Source of the DNA: Acidobacteriota bacterium | GTDB lineage: Bacteria; Acidobacteriota; Terriglobia; Terriglobales; SCQP01 | Direction of reading: 5' to 3' | Assembly (NCBI GenBank): GCA_021789895.1 | Contig: JAJYIU010000012.1 | Span: forward strand, 33,216 to 97,215 | DNA: 64,000 bases | Part shown: positions 1 through 9,826 of the stretch, in pieces | Position numbering within the stretch: the stretch's first letter is position 1 | Layout of the letters: each line of letters opens with the position of its first letter | Made by a program: the position numbers and the translations under genes | Notes under the pieces: generated by a model | Databases searched by the model: none | Told to the model about the DNA's origin: nothing | The model's input: the letters and a program-made list of their open reading frames with translations, nothing else

Positions 1-492
1 TGGGCGGAGCAGGCAGAGCCGCCCTGGCGCGGCTGGGCCGAGCGGGTACTCCAGGCTACGGCTTACAAGCTCGGGGAAGCCGAACTGGCCGAATCCGTCT
101 GGCAGGAGTTGAACCGCCAGGCGTTGGCGGACGCGGGCCGGCTTTGGACGTGGGAGCGCGCGCAGATGGCTGGCGGCGGGAGTGAAGAACTCAGGGTCGC
201 ACAGTTGGCGAACTGGTACCGGCGGCAGCCGGCGCGGGCGCGCGTGCGCGGCTGGCTGGCGGCGGCGCGGGCAGCCGGCGGCGCCGGCTGGCGGCGATGG
301 CCGGCATGGCTGAGTCGCGGCTGGCCGGCTTCGCCGCGTTATTGGGTTTATGCCGGCCTGGAGCGCCTGCTGATCCCGGGCGAAGGCCCGGCGCCGCTGC
401 CTCCCTGGCTGCCCTTGCCGGCCAGCACGCCGGGGTGGGAGAGCGCGCTGGCGGAGAATTACCGGCGCCTGCTGGTGGGAACGCGGAGCTAG
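1..492 (+). CDS. hypothetical protein, C-terminal part (5' end lies outside the window)
   Basis: Frame 1 is open from base 1 to TAG at 490-492; track ORF 109..492 is its in-frame tail. Trp/Arg-rich with no motif I recognise. Sits directly upstream of the glycan cluster. Confidence 0.35.
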   Translation, partial: WAEQAEPPWRGWAERVLQATAYKLGEAELAESVWQELNRQALADAGRLWTWERAQMAGGGSEELRVAQLANWYRRQPARARVRGWLAAARAAGGAGWRRWPAWLSRGWPASPRYWVYAGLERLLIPGEGPAPLPPWLPLPASTPGWESALAENYRRLLVGTRS

Positions 493-546
493 GTTTCGGA
501 AGCGGGTGGTGGGGCCTCGCCGGAGCGGCGAAAGCGGAAGCGAAGG

Positions 547-1848
547 ATGCAAGACGAACACGGCATGCGAAGCGGTGGCGGAGGCGGCGGCAGCCTGCGG
601 CTGCTGGCGCTGGCGCCGGATGCTCATTATCCGCCTACGAATGGGCTGCGGATGCGCATGAGCGCGATGTTCGAAGCGCTGCGGGACGAAGGCCATCGCC
701 TGGTGCTGATTGCCGCAGGGGCTCCGGCGGGCGAAGCGGCGCCGGCCTGTGAAGTGACAGAGTATGTGACCCGTCCGGCGGCGCCCTTGAGCAGCCCACG
801 GGCGTGGGGCGGGCGGGCGCGAGCGGCGCTGGGCGGGCGCGCTTACACCATCGAGCGCTGGCGCAATCGAAGCTGGCAACGGCGCATCGAATTTTGGCTG
901 CGCTCGGGCCGATTCGACGCCATCTGGTGTGAAAGCCCCTATCCAGCCATCAACCTGCCCTGGCCGCCGCCGCTGCCGTTGATTGTCAACACGCACAACC
1001 TGGAATACCGGCTATGGCAGCGCTATTGCGGGCGGGAACCGCGCCGCTGGCGGCGCGCCTACGCCAGCCTGGAAGCGTGGGCGCTGCGCCGCTGGGAGCT
1101 GGAAGTCTATCGCCGGGCGGCGATGGTGCTGACCTGTTCGCGCCAGGAAGCGAAGCTGCTGCGCAGCCAACTGCCGGCCGGGGCGCAGATCGTGGTGGCG
1201 CCAAACGTCGTCGCGCCCCCCGCGTCGCCGCCCGCCGGGCTGGAGCGGCCCTGGGTGGTGTACACCGGCGGGATGGACTGGTGGCCGAACCGGGATGCAG
1301 TCGAGTTTTTTGGCGGGCAAATTTGGCCGCGCGTGCATGCGGCGTTGCCGGAGGCGGAATGGATTATCGCCGGGCGGGAGGGGCCGCGGCGCTGGCAGCG
1401 CCGCTGGCAGCGGCTGCCGGGAGTGCGCTTCACCGGCGCGCAAGCCAGCCTCGCGCCCTGGCTCAGCGTGGCGGCGGCGGCGGTGGTGCCGCTGCGCATT
1501 GGCGCCGGCACGCGTTTCAAGATTCTGGAAGCGGCCGCCTGGAGCCGGGCCATCGTCTCCACCCGGGTGGGGGCGGAAGGGTTGGCGTTTCGCCCGGGGC
1601 TGGAGCTGGAACTGGCGGATCGCGCCGAAGATTTTGCCGCCGCGCTGCTCGCCTTGATGCGCAATCCGGCCCGGCGTCGCGAGTTGGGCAATGCCGCCCG
1701 CCGCCGGCTGGAGTCGGACTACAGCCCGGCCAATCTGCGGCAGGCGGTGGCGGTGGGTTTGGCCGCCGGGTTCGGCGACAAAATCTGTCAACGAGGTGCG
1801 CATGGGGCTGTTTTACCTGCTGGTTGCGGTCATGCCATTGGAGCGTAG
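547..1848 (+). CDS. glycosyltransferase, GT4/group-1 type
   Basis: 433-aa ORF. The N-terminal LRLLALAPDAHYPPTNGLRMR and a C-terminal GT-B style region (VVPLRIGAGTRFKILEAAAWSRAIVST) are typical of group-1 glycosyltransferases. An alternative start is Met7 (565). Confidence 0.8.
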   Translation: MQDEHGMRSGGGGGGSLRLLALAPDAHYPPTNGLRMRMSAMFEALRDEGHRLVLIAAGAPAGEAAPACEVTEYVTRPAAPLSSPRAWGGRARAALGGRAYTIERWRNRSWQRRIEFWLRSGRFDAIWCESPYPAINLPWPPPLPLIVNTHNLEYRLWQRYCGREPRRWRRAYASLEAWALRRWELEVYRRAAMVLTCSRQEAKLLRSQLPAGAQIVVAPNVVAPPASPPAGLERPWVVYTGGMDWWPNRDAVEFFGGQIWPRVHAALPEAEWIIAGREGPRRWQRRWQRLPGVRFTGAQASLAPWLSVAAAAVVPLRIGAGTRFKILEAAAWSRAIVSTRVGAEGLAFRPGLELELADRAEDFAAALLALMRNPARRRELGNAARRRLESDYSPANLRQAVAVGLAAGFGDKICQRGAHGAVLPAGCGHAIGA

Positions 1849-2998
1849 CCGGCTGCTGGAACATTTTTTCAGCGGCGTCAGCGTCATCAAATACCTGGGC
1901 TTCGCCTGCCTGGTGCTGGCGCTGGTGACGGCGGGAAAGCAGCGGCTCGGGCCGGCGCTACGCCAGCCGGCCTGCGGCTGGTTTCTGGCGTTGGCGGCCT
2001 GGGCGCTGCTGTCGCAGGCGCTGCTCGGGCCGGCATTTTCCTGGGGACTGAGCCCCGGCGCCAGCTATCTTTCGTTCCTGATGCTGCTGCCGATCGTGGT
2101 GCTGCTGGTCAACAGCGCGCGGCGGCTGCAGGCCACGCTATGGGCCATGGCGGCGGGGATGGGCGTGACATCGCTGTACGTGCTGCGCGAATGGCAGCGG
2201 CACCGCGGCGAGGCGTCTTTCCGTCCGGGCTGGATCGCCGGCGATCCGAATTATTTCACCATTGCCGCAGTCTTGATTCTGCCGCTGGCTTGGAGCCTGC
2301 GGCAGCGCAGCCGAAAACCGGGCGAACGCCGGCTGCTGCTGGCGGCGATGCTGGTGATCGCGGCGGCGACGCTGCTGGCAGCCTCGCGCGGCGGTTTTCT
2401 GGGATTGAGCGCGGGCGCGCTGTGGCTGGCGTGGCATTCACGGCGGCGGACGCAGGCGCTGTGCGCCGGGTTGGCGCTGCTGCCGCTGCTGCTGCTTTCC
2501 GCGCGCTCGCCTTTGCTGCGCCTGCTGCATCCCAGCGCCGGCGACCGGACGGCGGTGGAAAAGCGCGAAATCGTCTGGCGCGCCGGGCTGCGCATGCTGG
2601 CCGCGCATCCGCTGGCGGGCGTCGGGCTGGGTAATTTCAAACTCCAGGTCGCGAACTACGAAAACGGTTCGGGGGGCGGCGCGACGGTGAGCTCGATCGC
2701 GCACAACACCTACTTGGAAATCGCGGTCGAACTCGGACTGCCGGGGCTCGCCGCCTGGCTGCTGTTATGGATTGCGAGCTGGCGCAGCCTGGAGCGCAGC
2801 CGCCGGCGGGCGCCGCCGGAAAGCCTGGTGCGGGCGTCGGCGGAAGGATTGCAGGCAGGGCTGCTGGGCTATGCCGTGAGCATGTTCTTTCTCTCGGCGG
2901 AGTATCAGAAGCTGCTTTGGCTGGCCCTCTTTCTGGCGCTGGCGCTGCCGCCGCTGGCGGCGCGCGTTGCCGAACCGGCGCGGCAGGCGGCGGCATGA
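1802..2998 (+). CDS. O-antigen ligase / Wzy-like polymerase family membrane protein
   Basis: Polytopic hydrophobic protein carrying the Wzy_C-type motif SIAHNTYLEIAVELGLPGL. I trimmed the track ORF 1691..2998 to ATG 1802 (MGLFYLLVAV). Confidence 0.8.
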   Translation: MGLFYLLVAVMPLERSRLLEHFFSGVSVIKYLGFACLVLALVTAGKQRLGPALRQPACGWFLALAAWALLSQALLGPAFSWGLSPGASYLSFLMLLPIVVLLVNSARRLQATLWAMAAGMGVTSLYVLREWQRHRGEASFRPGWIAGDPNYFTIAAVLILPLAWSLRQRSRKPGERRLLLAAMLVIAAATLLAASRGGFLGLSAGALWLAWHSRRRTQALCAGLALLPLLLLSARSPLLRLLHPSAGDRTAVEKREIVWRAGLRMLAAHPLAGVGLGNFKLQVANYENGSGGGATVSSIAHNTYLEIAVELGLPGLAAWLLLWIASWRSLERSRRRAPPESLVRASAEGLQAGLLGYAVSMFFLSAEYQKLLWLALFLALALPPLAARVAEPARQAAA

Positions 2999-4674
2999 AG
3001 GCGGCGCCCAGGCTGCGCAGGGCGGCGATGCGGCTGCTGGCCGGCGGCATTTTTTGCGGGCTGTCGCCGGGGCTGGCTCCGCCGCGTTTTGGCGGCCAGG
3101 GCCGGCCGCTGCGCCCTCCGCAGCGGTATTTCAGCCTGCTGCGCCAAGACGGGCGATGGTGGCTGCTGACGCCCGGCGGACGCGTGTTCTGGATGCTGGC
3201 GGTGGATGACGTGAATCCCAGCCGCTCGCGCAACGCGGCGGGAAGCAGTTATGCCGCCCGGGCGGAAGCGAAGTACGGCTCGGAAAAAACCTGGGCGGAA
3301 CAAAGCGCGCGGCGGCTGTTGGCGTGGGGATTCAACAGCCTGGGCGAATACGCCAGCCAGTACGTGCTGCCGGCGCGCTGGCCTTGGGGCGGAAGGTGGC
3401 GCATTCATACCCGCTTGCCCTTCGTAGCCATGATTCGTCCCGCGCTTTATAGCCTGCGCAACCAATATGGTTATGCACGCGAACCGGTCAAAGACGTGCT
3501 TGCCGGGGTGAGCCGGAAGATTTACCGCGGCTGGCGAGGCGCCGCCGCGCCGGACGTATTCGACCCCAACTTCGCCGCCTACGCGCGCGCCGAAGCGGCG
3601 GCCCTGCCGCCGCCGGTGCGGAGTTCACGCTGGCTGATCGGCCTGACCAGCGACGATGCCGACAACCTGGCCGGTTTTGGGCCGGGGCCGGAGCCGCGGG
3701 CGTCGCGCTGCAGTCCGAACCTGGGCTGGATTACGGCAGTGACCGATTACGAACAAGCGGCGAATCCGCGCTGGGGCGTGCGCTATCGCGACCATCGGGT
3801 GTACACCAAGCTGGCGCTGGAGCGGAGGCTGCGCGCCGAGTACGGCAGCATTGCCCGCTTGAACGCCGCCTGGGGAGCGGATTACAGCCGCTTTGGCGAC
3901 GACGGCGGCTGGGGCCGGGGCCGGGGCTGGCTGGATGAGGACGGCCGCCATGCCTGGATCGGACGCGACAATTGCGGGCTGCGGACGGCGGCGCCGGCGG
4001 TGCGCCGCGATCTGGAGCGATTCGTTTACCGGTATGCGCGGCAATACTTCCGCGCCACCACGCAAGCTTTACGGCGTGCGGCGCCAGGACACCTGGTTTT
4101 CGGGCCGGCAACATTGAACGGCTGGGGCGGCCTGACCCGCAGCGGCATCCTGCGCGCCGCGGGCGAAAGCGTGGACGTATTGCAGGTGAATGCCGGCAGC
4201 CGGCGGATGCTCCAGTTGACGCTGGCCGCCGATGGCGGGCGGCCGCTGGTGTATTGGCTGGGGCTGGCGGCCAACCCGGATTCCGCGCTCTGGCGGTATC
4301 CGCGCGGGGCGCCGGGAGTGCGGATTTACGCGAGCCAGGCGGCGCGAGGCCGGGCGTACCGGCGGGCGCTGGAGACGGCATTCCGGGAATGTGCGGCGGG
4401 GATCTGTCCGGTGTTGGGGATCAAGGATTGGGCCTTCGCCGATTCCTGGGCGGAGAAGATGAATTGGGGGCTGGTCAGCGCCCGGGACAATGCTTATGAC
4501 GGACGCGAGGCCCGGCGCGCTCGCGGCCGCGACGCTTGGAATTACCCGACTGGCGGGGAAGCGCGAGATTACGGCGATTTCGTGGATGCGGTCACCGCCG
4601 CCAATCGCAAAATCGCGGGTTGGAGCCGGCGATGGAGCCGAGGGCGCAGTCGGCAAGCGCGGCGGCGGCAATGA
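2995..4674 (+). CDS. hypothetical protein, possibly a glycoside-hydrolase-like TIM-barrel enzyme of the glycan cluster
   Basis: ATG 2995 overlaps the upstream stop (ATGA). N-terminal signal-like segment. Segments such as DGRWWLLTPGGRVFWMLAVDDVN and LLAWGFNSLGEYAS resemble GH-type TIM-barrel proteins. The function is a guess. Confidence 0.6.
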   Translation: MKAAPRLRRAAMRLLAGGIFCGLSPGLAPPRFGGQGRPLRPPQRYFSLLRQDGRWWLLTPGGRVFWMLAVDDVNPSRSRNAAGSSYAARAEAKYGSEKTWAEQSARRLLAWGFNSLGEYASQYVLPARWPWGGRWRIHTRLPFVAMIRPALYSLRNQYGYAREPVKDVLAGVSRKIYRGWRGAAAPDVFDPNFAAYARAEAAALPPPVRSSRWLIGLTSDDADNLAGFGPGPEPRASRCSPNLGWITAVTDYEQAANPRWGVRYRDHRVYTKLALERRLRAEYGSIARLNAAWGADYSRFGDDGGWGRGRGWLDEDGRHAWIGRDNCGLRTAAPAVRRDLERFVYRYARQYFRATTQALRRAAPGHLVFGPATLNGWGGLTRSGILRAAGESVDVLQVNAGSRRMLQLTLAADGGRPLVYWLGLAANPDSALWRYPRGAPGVRIYASQAARGRAYRRALETAFRECAAGICPVLGIKDWAFADSWAEKMNWGLVSARDNAYDGREARRARGRDAWNYPTGGEARDYGDFVDAVTAANRKIAGWSRRWSRGRSRQARRRQ

Positions 4675-6284
4675 AGCCGCCGGCGATCGCGCGGCGGGCC
4701 CCGGAGAGTGGCGCAAAGCTGCAGCGGCGTTTGTTTTCCGGCATGCGCTGGTCGTTTTGGCTGGCCGCGGCCGCGGTTCCGTTCAGCCTGGGCACGCGCA
4801 TCCTGCTGGCGCGCGCCGGGCCGGAGATTTTAGGAACCTTCGGCCTGCTGGGCGTGTACACCAGCCTGGCCACCGTTTTCCTGTATCTGGGCGGGGACGC
4901 GGTGGTGATGGCCTTTTTACCCCGGCTGGCGGCGCCGCAGCAGCGCCAATTTCTGCGCAGCTACAGCGGCATCGTGGCGCTGGCGCTGGTTCCCTGGCTG
5001 GTGTTGGCCACGCTGCATCCGGAATGGCTGCGCGGGTTGTTCGGGCAGCGCACCGATCCCCGGCTCGACCTGATGCTGATCTGGCTGGCGCCGCTAGTGA
5101 TCGTTTACATGCTCATTCTGGCGGCGCTCAATGGCCTGCTGGAGATTGCGTTCGCGCAAGGCCTGAATCGCGCGTTGCCAATCTTTTCCTTTTTCATCTA
5201 TGCGTGGCTGTGCTGGCAGGCGCCGGCCTGGCTACGGCAGCACACGCTGTTGGGCATTGGGGGGGTGTATCTCGGGCTGCTGTTGCCGAGCGCCGCGCTG
5301 GGGCTGGCGCGGCTGCGCCGGCATCTGCCGGCGGCGCCGCCGGGCCGGCATTTACCTGCCGGATTCTGGCCTTACACGCTCAGCCTGCAAAGCAACAGCA
5401 TCCTGAATTTTTTCGCCAACCGGTTTGACCTGCTCCTGGTATTGCGCGCCGGCGGTTTGAGCGCGCTGGGCGAGTATGTGGCGTTGAAAAGCCTGGCGCA
5501 GACGCTGCGCAAATCTTTTCAGATGCTGCTGGACAGTCTTTTCCCTTCGCTGGCGCACACGCTGGGCACGAACGATGGAGAAAGCACGCGCCAGGTGCTA
5601 GAGACTTACACCCGGCTGCTGTATCCGATGGCGATGCTGTCGGCCACGCTGGTATTGTGCTTCGCGCATCCGCTGCTCTGGCTGCTGGGCCGGCCGTACC
5701 TGGGGCTGATGCGGGTGCTGCCCTGGGCGGTGGTTTGCGCCTCGATGCAGGCGCCAAATGCGATTCATGGACTGCTGTTTAACGCCAGCGGGCGGGCGCA
5801 GCGGGCGCTCGCCGGAACGGCGCTGCAGGCGGCGGCATTTATCGGCAGTTTCTGGCCGCTGTGGCAGCATTGGGGGCTGGCTGGCGCGGTGGCGGCGTGG
5901 GGGCTGGGGGAATGGGCCTATTACCTGACGAGTTATTTCCTATTACGAAACCTGCGTTCGATTTCGCTCTCCGCATTGGGCAATCCGGGCGTGTATTTCA
6001 CTGTCATTGCGCTGACCGCGCTCTGGAGCGCGCATGCCGGCCGCATCGAATGGCAACAGGGCGTGCTGCTCTGGCTGGCGGGCGGCGCGGTCTATTTCGG
6101 ATGGGCCGGCTACCGCGGAGCGGAATTCAAGCGGTTAGGGCGGCTGATGTGGCCGGGCCCGCATCTGCGGCGCGGGCCGGGCGGAGCGAGTCAGCCAGGA
6201 CTGAGCACGCATGGAACCGGGGGCGATCTCGGTCATCATCCCGACCAAGAACCGGCGGCGGGAGTTATGCGCAACGCTGTCTGA
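4671..6284 (+). CDS. polysaccharide flippase (Wzx / MOP superfamily)
   Basis: ATG 4671 overlaps the upstream stop (ATGA). About 12 hydrophobic segments with a Wzx-like profile. The 3' end overlaps the next gene. Confidence 0.75.
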   Translation: MKPPAIARRAPESGAKLQRRLFSGMRWSFWLAAAAVPFSLGTRILLARAGPEILGTFGLLGVYTSLATVFLYLGGDAVVMAFLPRLAAPQQRQFLRSYSGIVALALVPWLVLATLHPEWLRGLFGQRTDPRLDLMLIWLAPLVIVYMLILAALNGLLEIAFAQGLNRALPIFSFFIYAWLCWQAPAWLRQHTLLGIGGVYLGLLLPSAALGLARLRRHLPAAPPGRHLPAGFWPYTLSLQSNSILNFFANRFDLLLVLRAGGLSALGEYVALKSLAQTLRKSFQMLLDSLFPSLAHTLGTNDGESTRQVLETYTRLLYPMAMLSATLVLCFAHPLLWLLGRPYLGLMRVLPWAVVCASMQAPNAIHGLLFNASGRAQRALAGTALQAAAFIGSFWPLWQHWGLAGAVAAWGLGEWAYYLTSYFLLRNLRSISLSALGNPGVYFTVIALTALWSAHAGRIEWQQGVLLWLAGGAVYFGWAGYRGAEFKRLGRLMWPGPHLRRGPGGASQPGLSTHGTGGDLGHHPDQEPAAGVMRNAV

Positions 6285-7116
6285 ATTGCGGCGGCAGACG
6301 CGCTTGCCGGCGGAAGTGATCGTGATCGATCAGACTCCCGGGGGGTCGTCCGCGGCAGTGGCGCGGGCGCAGTTGGCGGGCCGGCCGGCGATCGCGTTGC
6401 AGTACGTCCATGCGCCCGAGATTGGGGGCGCGGCGGAGGCGCGCAATCGCGCGATGGAGCTGGCGCGGGGCGAGTATTGGCTTTTTCTCGATGACGATGT
6501 CGAGCTGGAGCGCGATTTTATAGCCGCGCTGGGAGCCGCGCTGGAGCGGCATCCGGAGTTGGATGGCATCTCCGGACGGGTCACCAACTATTCGCCGCCG
6601 CCGCGGTGGCGGCGGCTTTGGTTGCGGGTCTTCGAGCAAGGCCCGTTTCGCGACGACCGCCAGCCGGTGTATTGGGGAACGATCCAGCCGCGCGGGGATG
6701 AGCCATTGCGGGTGACGCGTTTGGGTGGAGGGCTGATGAGTTTTCGCGCGGCGCGGATTGCCGGGCTGCGCTTTGACGAGCGGCTGCAGGGGGCGAGCGA
6801 AGGCGAAGATGTGGATTTCTGCCTGCGGCTGGCGGGGGGCGGGCGGCTGGCAATCGCGCCACAGGCGCGGCTGCGGCATTTGAAAACCGCGAGCGGGCGG
6901 AAAGGAGAACCGGCGTTGCAGCAATGCAGCCGGGTGCACGCCTATCTTTACTGGCGGCACTGGCGGCGGCAGCGCGTTTGGTACGGCTGGTTGAACTGCG
7001 GCCTGGGGCTGTGGGCGCTGGCGGCCAGCCTGCGGCGGCGCTCGCTGGCGCCCTGGGCTTGGCTTTGGCTTGGGCGGCGGCAGGGACGGCAGTTGGCGAT
7101 GAAGGCGGGGACGTGA
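6211..7116 (+). CDS. glycosyltransferase family 2
   Basis: The N-terminus ISVIIPTKNRRRELCATLSELRRQT...VIVIDQ and the DDD motif (LFLDDDVEL) are classic GT2 features. Confidence 0.85.
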   Translation: MEPGAISVIIPTKNRRRELCATLSELRRQTRLPAEVIVIDQTPGGSSAAVARAQLAGRPAIALQYVHAPEIGGAAEARNRAMELARGEYWLFLDDDVELERDFIAALGAALERHPELDGISGRVTNYSPPPRWRRLWLRVFEQGPFRDDRQPVYWGTIQPRGDEPLRVTRLGGGLMSFRAARIAGLRFDERLQGASEGEDVDFCLRLAGGGRLAIAPQARLRHLKTASGRKGEPALQQCSRVHAYLYWRHWRRQRVWYGWLNCGLGLWALAASLRRRSLAPWAWLWLGRRQGRQLAMKAGT

Positions 7117-8033
7117 GCTTCGCCCCGCCGAGCGAGCAGCGGCTGGATTACGCCGGGGTATTTGAACTCCGCAAACTGCGGCTAGGCGGGGGCTGGGGAC
7201 TGGTGAAAGGGCCGGCGCGGCGGCCCAGCCGGCAATCATTGGCGACGGAATTTCGCGTCAGCCGCGCCTGGCAGGCGCCGCTGCGGCAGTGGGAACCGCG
7301 AGTGCGCCTGCCGCAGGTTTGGAGTTATGATGCCGCCGGCCACCGGCTCTGGCGGGAATGGATTGAAGGACGGCGCTGGCGGTTTGCCGGCGCCTGCAAC
7401 CGCACGCGGGAGCGCCGGCGGGAGGAATGGCAGGCGCTGGGGCGGTGGTTAGGCGGGCTGCACCGGCTCAGCCGCCGCGGCAGGGCGGATCCCTGGTCGG
7501 GGTTGATCACGGATTGGGAAAAGCCCAGCGTTGAAGCCGGACTGCGCCGCCTGGGCTTGCCGGAGTTGCATCCGGAAGTCTTGCGGCAGTTGCGCTGCCG
7601 CCAGCGGCAGGCGCCGCTGGCTTGGCCGCAGTGCCGGCTGCATGGCGACTTTTCGCCGGCACAAATTCTGGAGACGCCGCAGGGGCTGGCGGTGCTGGAC
7701 CTGGCCTCATCGCGCCGAGGCATGGATTTTGAAGATCTCGCCTCCTGGTTGGCGTATTGCGATCTGCGCTTGCCGCGGCGGCGGCGGTGCGAGTGGCGGG
7801 CATTTTACCGCGGCTACGGCCCGGCGGAATACGGTTTGGAACGATGGCGAATGGAATTGCAGCAATGGGCGCGGATGCGCGCGCTGGTGCGGTGGACGGA
7901 GCGAGGGTGGCAACGGCATGGCTGCGGACGCCGATGGATCGAGCGGCTGCGAATGCACCGCGCCCGGCGCCGGTTGCTGCATCTCTCAGCCCGGCTGGAA
8001 CGCCGGCTGCCCCGCGAAACTTCCACCGGCTGA
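7113..8033 (+). CDS. aminoglycoside-phosphotransferase-fold kinase-like protein
   Basis: A GTG start at 7113 overlaps the GT2 stop (GTGA). It has a catalytic-loop-like HGDFSPAQIL followed by VLDLASS. Gln replaces the usual Asn of HGDxxxxN. The start is uncertain (the track ORF begins at 6924). Confidence 0.6.
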   Translation: MSFAPPSEQRLDYAGVFELRKLRLGGGWGLVKGPARRPSRQSLATEFRVSRAWQAPLRQWEPRVRLPQVWSYDAAGHRLWREWIEGRRWRFAGACNRTRERRREEWQALGRWLGGLHRLSRRGRADPWSGLITDWEKPSVEAGLRRLGLPELHPEVLRQLRCRQRQAPLAWPQCRLHGDFSPAQILETPQGLAVLDLASSRRGMDFEDLASWLAYCDLRLPRRRRCEWRAFYRGYGPAEYGLERWRMELQQWARMRALVRWTERGWQRHGCGRRWIERLRMHRARRRLLHLSARLERRLPRETSTG

Positions 8034-8131
8034 TTGCCGGCGCCAGAAAAGCGGCGCCGGCCGGTCTAGCGGCGCCCGCTTCCCTTCCCGCCTCAACGGG
8101 AATCGTCGAGGCGGCGATTCGTCTAGCCGGG

Positions 8132-9826
8132 ATGTACGGCTATGATGCGGGAGCGGAATTGCTGGCCGGCGCCTATCCGGAATGGCGCCAGCGGCTGCTC
8201 GATCCGCGCCAGGCGGACTGGTTCCAGCACTGCGCCGTATTGGGCTTGGAATCTGCCTGCCTGGTGGTGGGCAGCCGCTGGGGCGGCATCAGTCGGGCGC
8301 TGATGCATTATTTTCAAACCGTCTGGTCGCTCGAATGGGATGACGCCTGCCTGCGGTTTCAAAATGCTTTCCGGCAGCGCGAAGCCGGTTTTCGATTACG
8401 GCCGCTGCGGGCTTCCCCGCTGTCTTTGCCCTTTGCCGACGCCAGTCTTGAGCTGGTGGCTGCGCCGGATGTATGGCCGAGGCTGCGCTCGCACTTTCCC
8501 CGCGTGCCGGCAGAGACCTTATTTTGGATGTGGCTGCGGGAATGCCGCCGGGTGCTTGTCCCCGGGGGAAGACTGATTCTAGGGCTGGAGCGGAAGAGCG
8601 GGCGGAGGCAAGCGGACATGCAGCTTGCGCCCGTCCGCCGGGAGGGAATGAGCTGGCCCGGCCGGCTGCGCGCGTGCGGCTTCGCCGGCAGCGAAGCCTT
8701 TTGGGCCTGGCCTGACATTGCCGCTCCGAAGTGCATCGGCCGGCTGGAGACGGTCAGCCTGCAGGCGCTGGTCCGCCATCACGCCCAGGATCCCGGGCTG
8801 CGCCTCGAGGCGCGGGGGCGGGCGGCGGCATGCGCCATCTTGCGCCGGCTTCGCTTTCCCATTCGCCCGAGCGGGCGATTATCGCGCTGGCTGGCGCCAG
8901 GCATGTTCTGGATAGCAACCACTCCGGCAAGCGCCAGCCGGCCGCGGCTGGCAGCGCGGCTGGGCGATTGGCAGTTAACGGTCGGAGGCTCGGATAAAGT
9001 GATCTGGCTGCGGCCGACCGATAAAAATGCGGTGGTGGCCAAGACGCCGCGCCAGATCGCAGATCAGCGGGCGATCGAGCGCCAGGAAAAGCTGGCAGAA
9101 TATTTTGGCGGCGTCCGGGTGGAGCAGGAAAAGCTGGAGAATTGGCCGGTTTTCCGCGAATTGCCGCCGCAAGGCCGTCCGCTACGAGCCGGCGCGTGGC
9201 GCGAATGCGCGGTTGCGGTGCGGTGGCTGTCGCGGTTTCAACAAACGGGCGCGCGCGGGCAATGGACCGCAGGCGGCCTCGAAGCTGAAATTGACTCCTG
9301 GTTGCAGCAATTCCACCTCCACGCGCGCAATACGCAACTGCTGCACCGGTTGGAGCAGGCAGCGCTGCGCCTGACCGCGAGCCTGGAAGCGCTGCCCATG
9401 GTGATGGAACACGGCGATTTCTGGCCGGGGAACCTGTTGGTGCGGCCGGGCGGCGAACTGCAGGTGATTGATTGGGAGCATTACCGGCCGTTCGGCGACC
9501 CGCTGTTCGATATCGCCATGCTGGCGCACAACCTTTGGCTGCAATGGCGCACCCCGCTTCCGGCTGCGATGCAGCGCTTCTCCCGCCGGCGCCGGCTACA
9601 CCGCTTGCTCGGCCTGTACGCCCGCGAGCACGGCATTCCGGCCGCGCTGGTGGGGAATTATATGCCCCTGGCGGTGGTGCGGCTGTTCAACCGAAATCAC
9701 ACCGGCGGCCGCATTTACCTGCTGCGTCAATTGGCGAATTGGGATTTTCCGCGCTTGGACGAATGCAGCGGCAAGGAAGGAGATTGCGGATGTCGCGATT
9801 GGTCCCACGCATCCTACTATTATTGA
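8132..9826 (+). CDS. two-domain protein: N-terminal class-I methyltransferase-like domain fused to a C-terminal APH-fold kinase domain
   Basis: The N-terminal half has VLGLESACLVVGSRWGG ... LRECRRVLVPGGRLILG (MTase-fold-like, weak motif I). The C-terminal half has HGDFWPGNLLV...VIDWEH (the Brenner motif plus the metal-binding Asp region). The start is set to the first ATG after the upstream stop and is uncertain. Confidence 0.65.
   Translation: MYGYDAGAELLAGAYPEWRQRLLDPRQADWFQHCAVLGLESACLVVGSRWGGISRALMHYFQTVWSLEWDDACLRFQNAFRQREAGFRLRPLRASPLSLPFADASLELVAAPDVWPRLRSHFPRVPAETLFWMWLRECRRVLVPGGRLILGLERKSGRRQADMQLAPVRREGMSWPGRLRACGFAGSEAFWAWPDIAAPKCIGRLETVSLQALVRHHAQDPGLRLEARGRAAACAILRRLRFPIRPSGRLSRWLAPGMFWIATTPASASRPRLAARLGDWQLTVGGSDKVIWLRPTDKNAVVAKTPRQIADQRAIERQEKLAEYFGGVRVEQEKLENWPVFRELPPQGRPLRAGAWRECAVAVRWLSRFQQTGARGQWTAGGLEAEIDSWLQQFHLHARNTQLLHRLEQAALRLTASLEALPMVMEHGDFWPGNLLVRPGGELQVIDWEHYRPFGDPLFDIAMLAHNLWLQWRTPLPAAMQRFSRRRRLHRLLGLYAREHGIPAALVGNYMPLAVVRLFNRNHTGGRIYLLRQLANWDFPRLDECSGKEGDCGCRDWSHASYYY

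Noticed and set aside
297-752. 151-aa plus-strand ORF bridging the first two genes
   Set aside because: It is out of frame with both the partial upstream CDS and the GT4 gene. It is Ala/Gly/Arg-rich low complexity.
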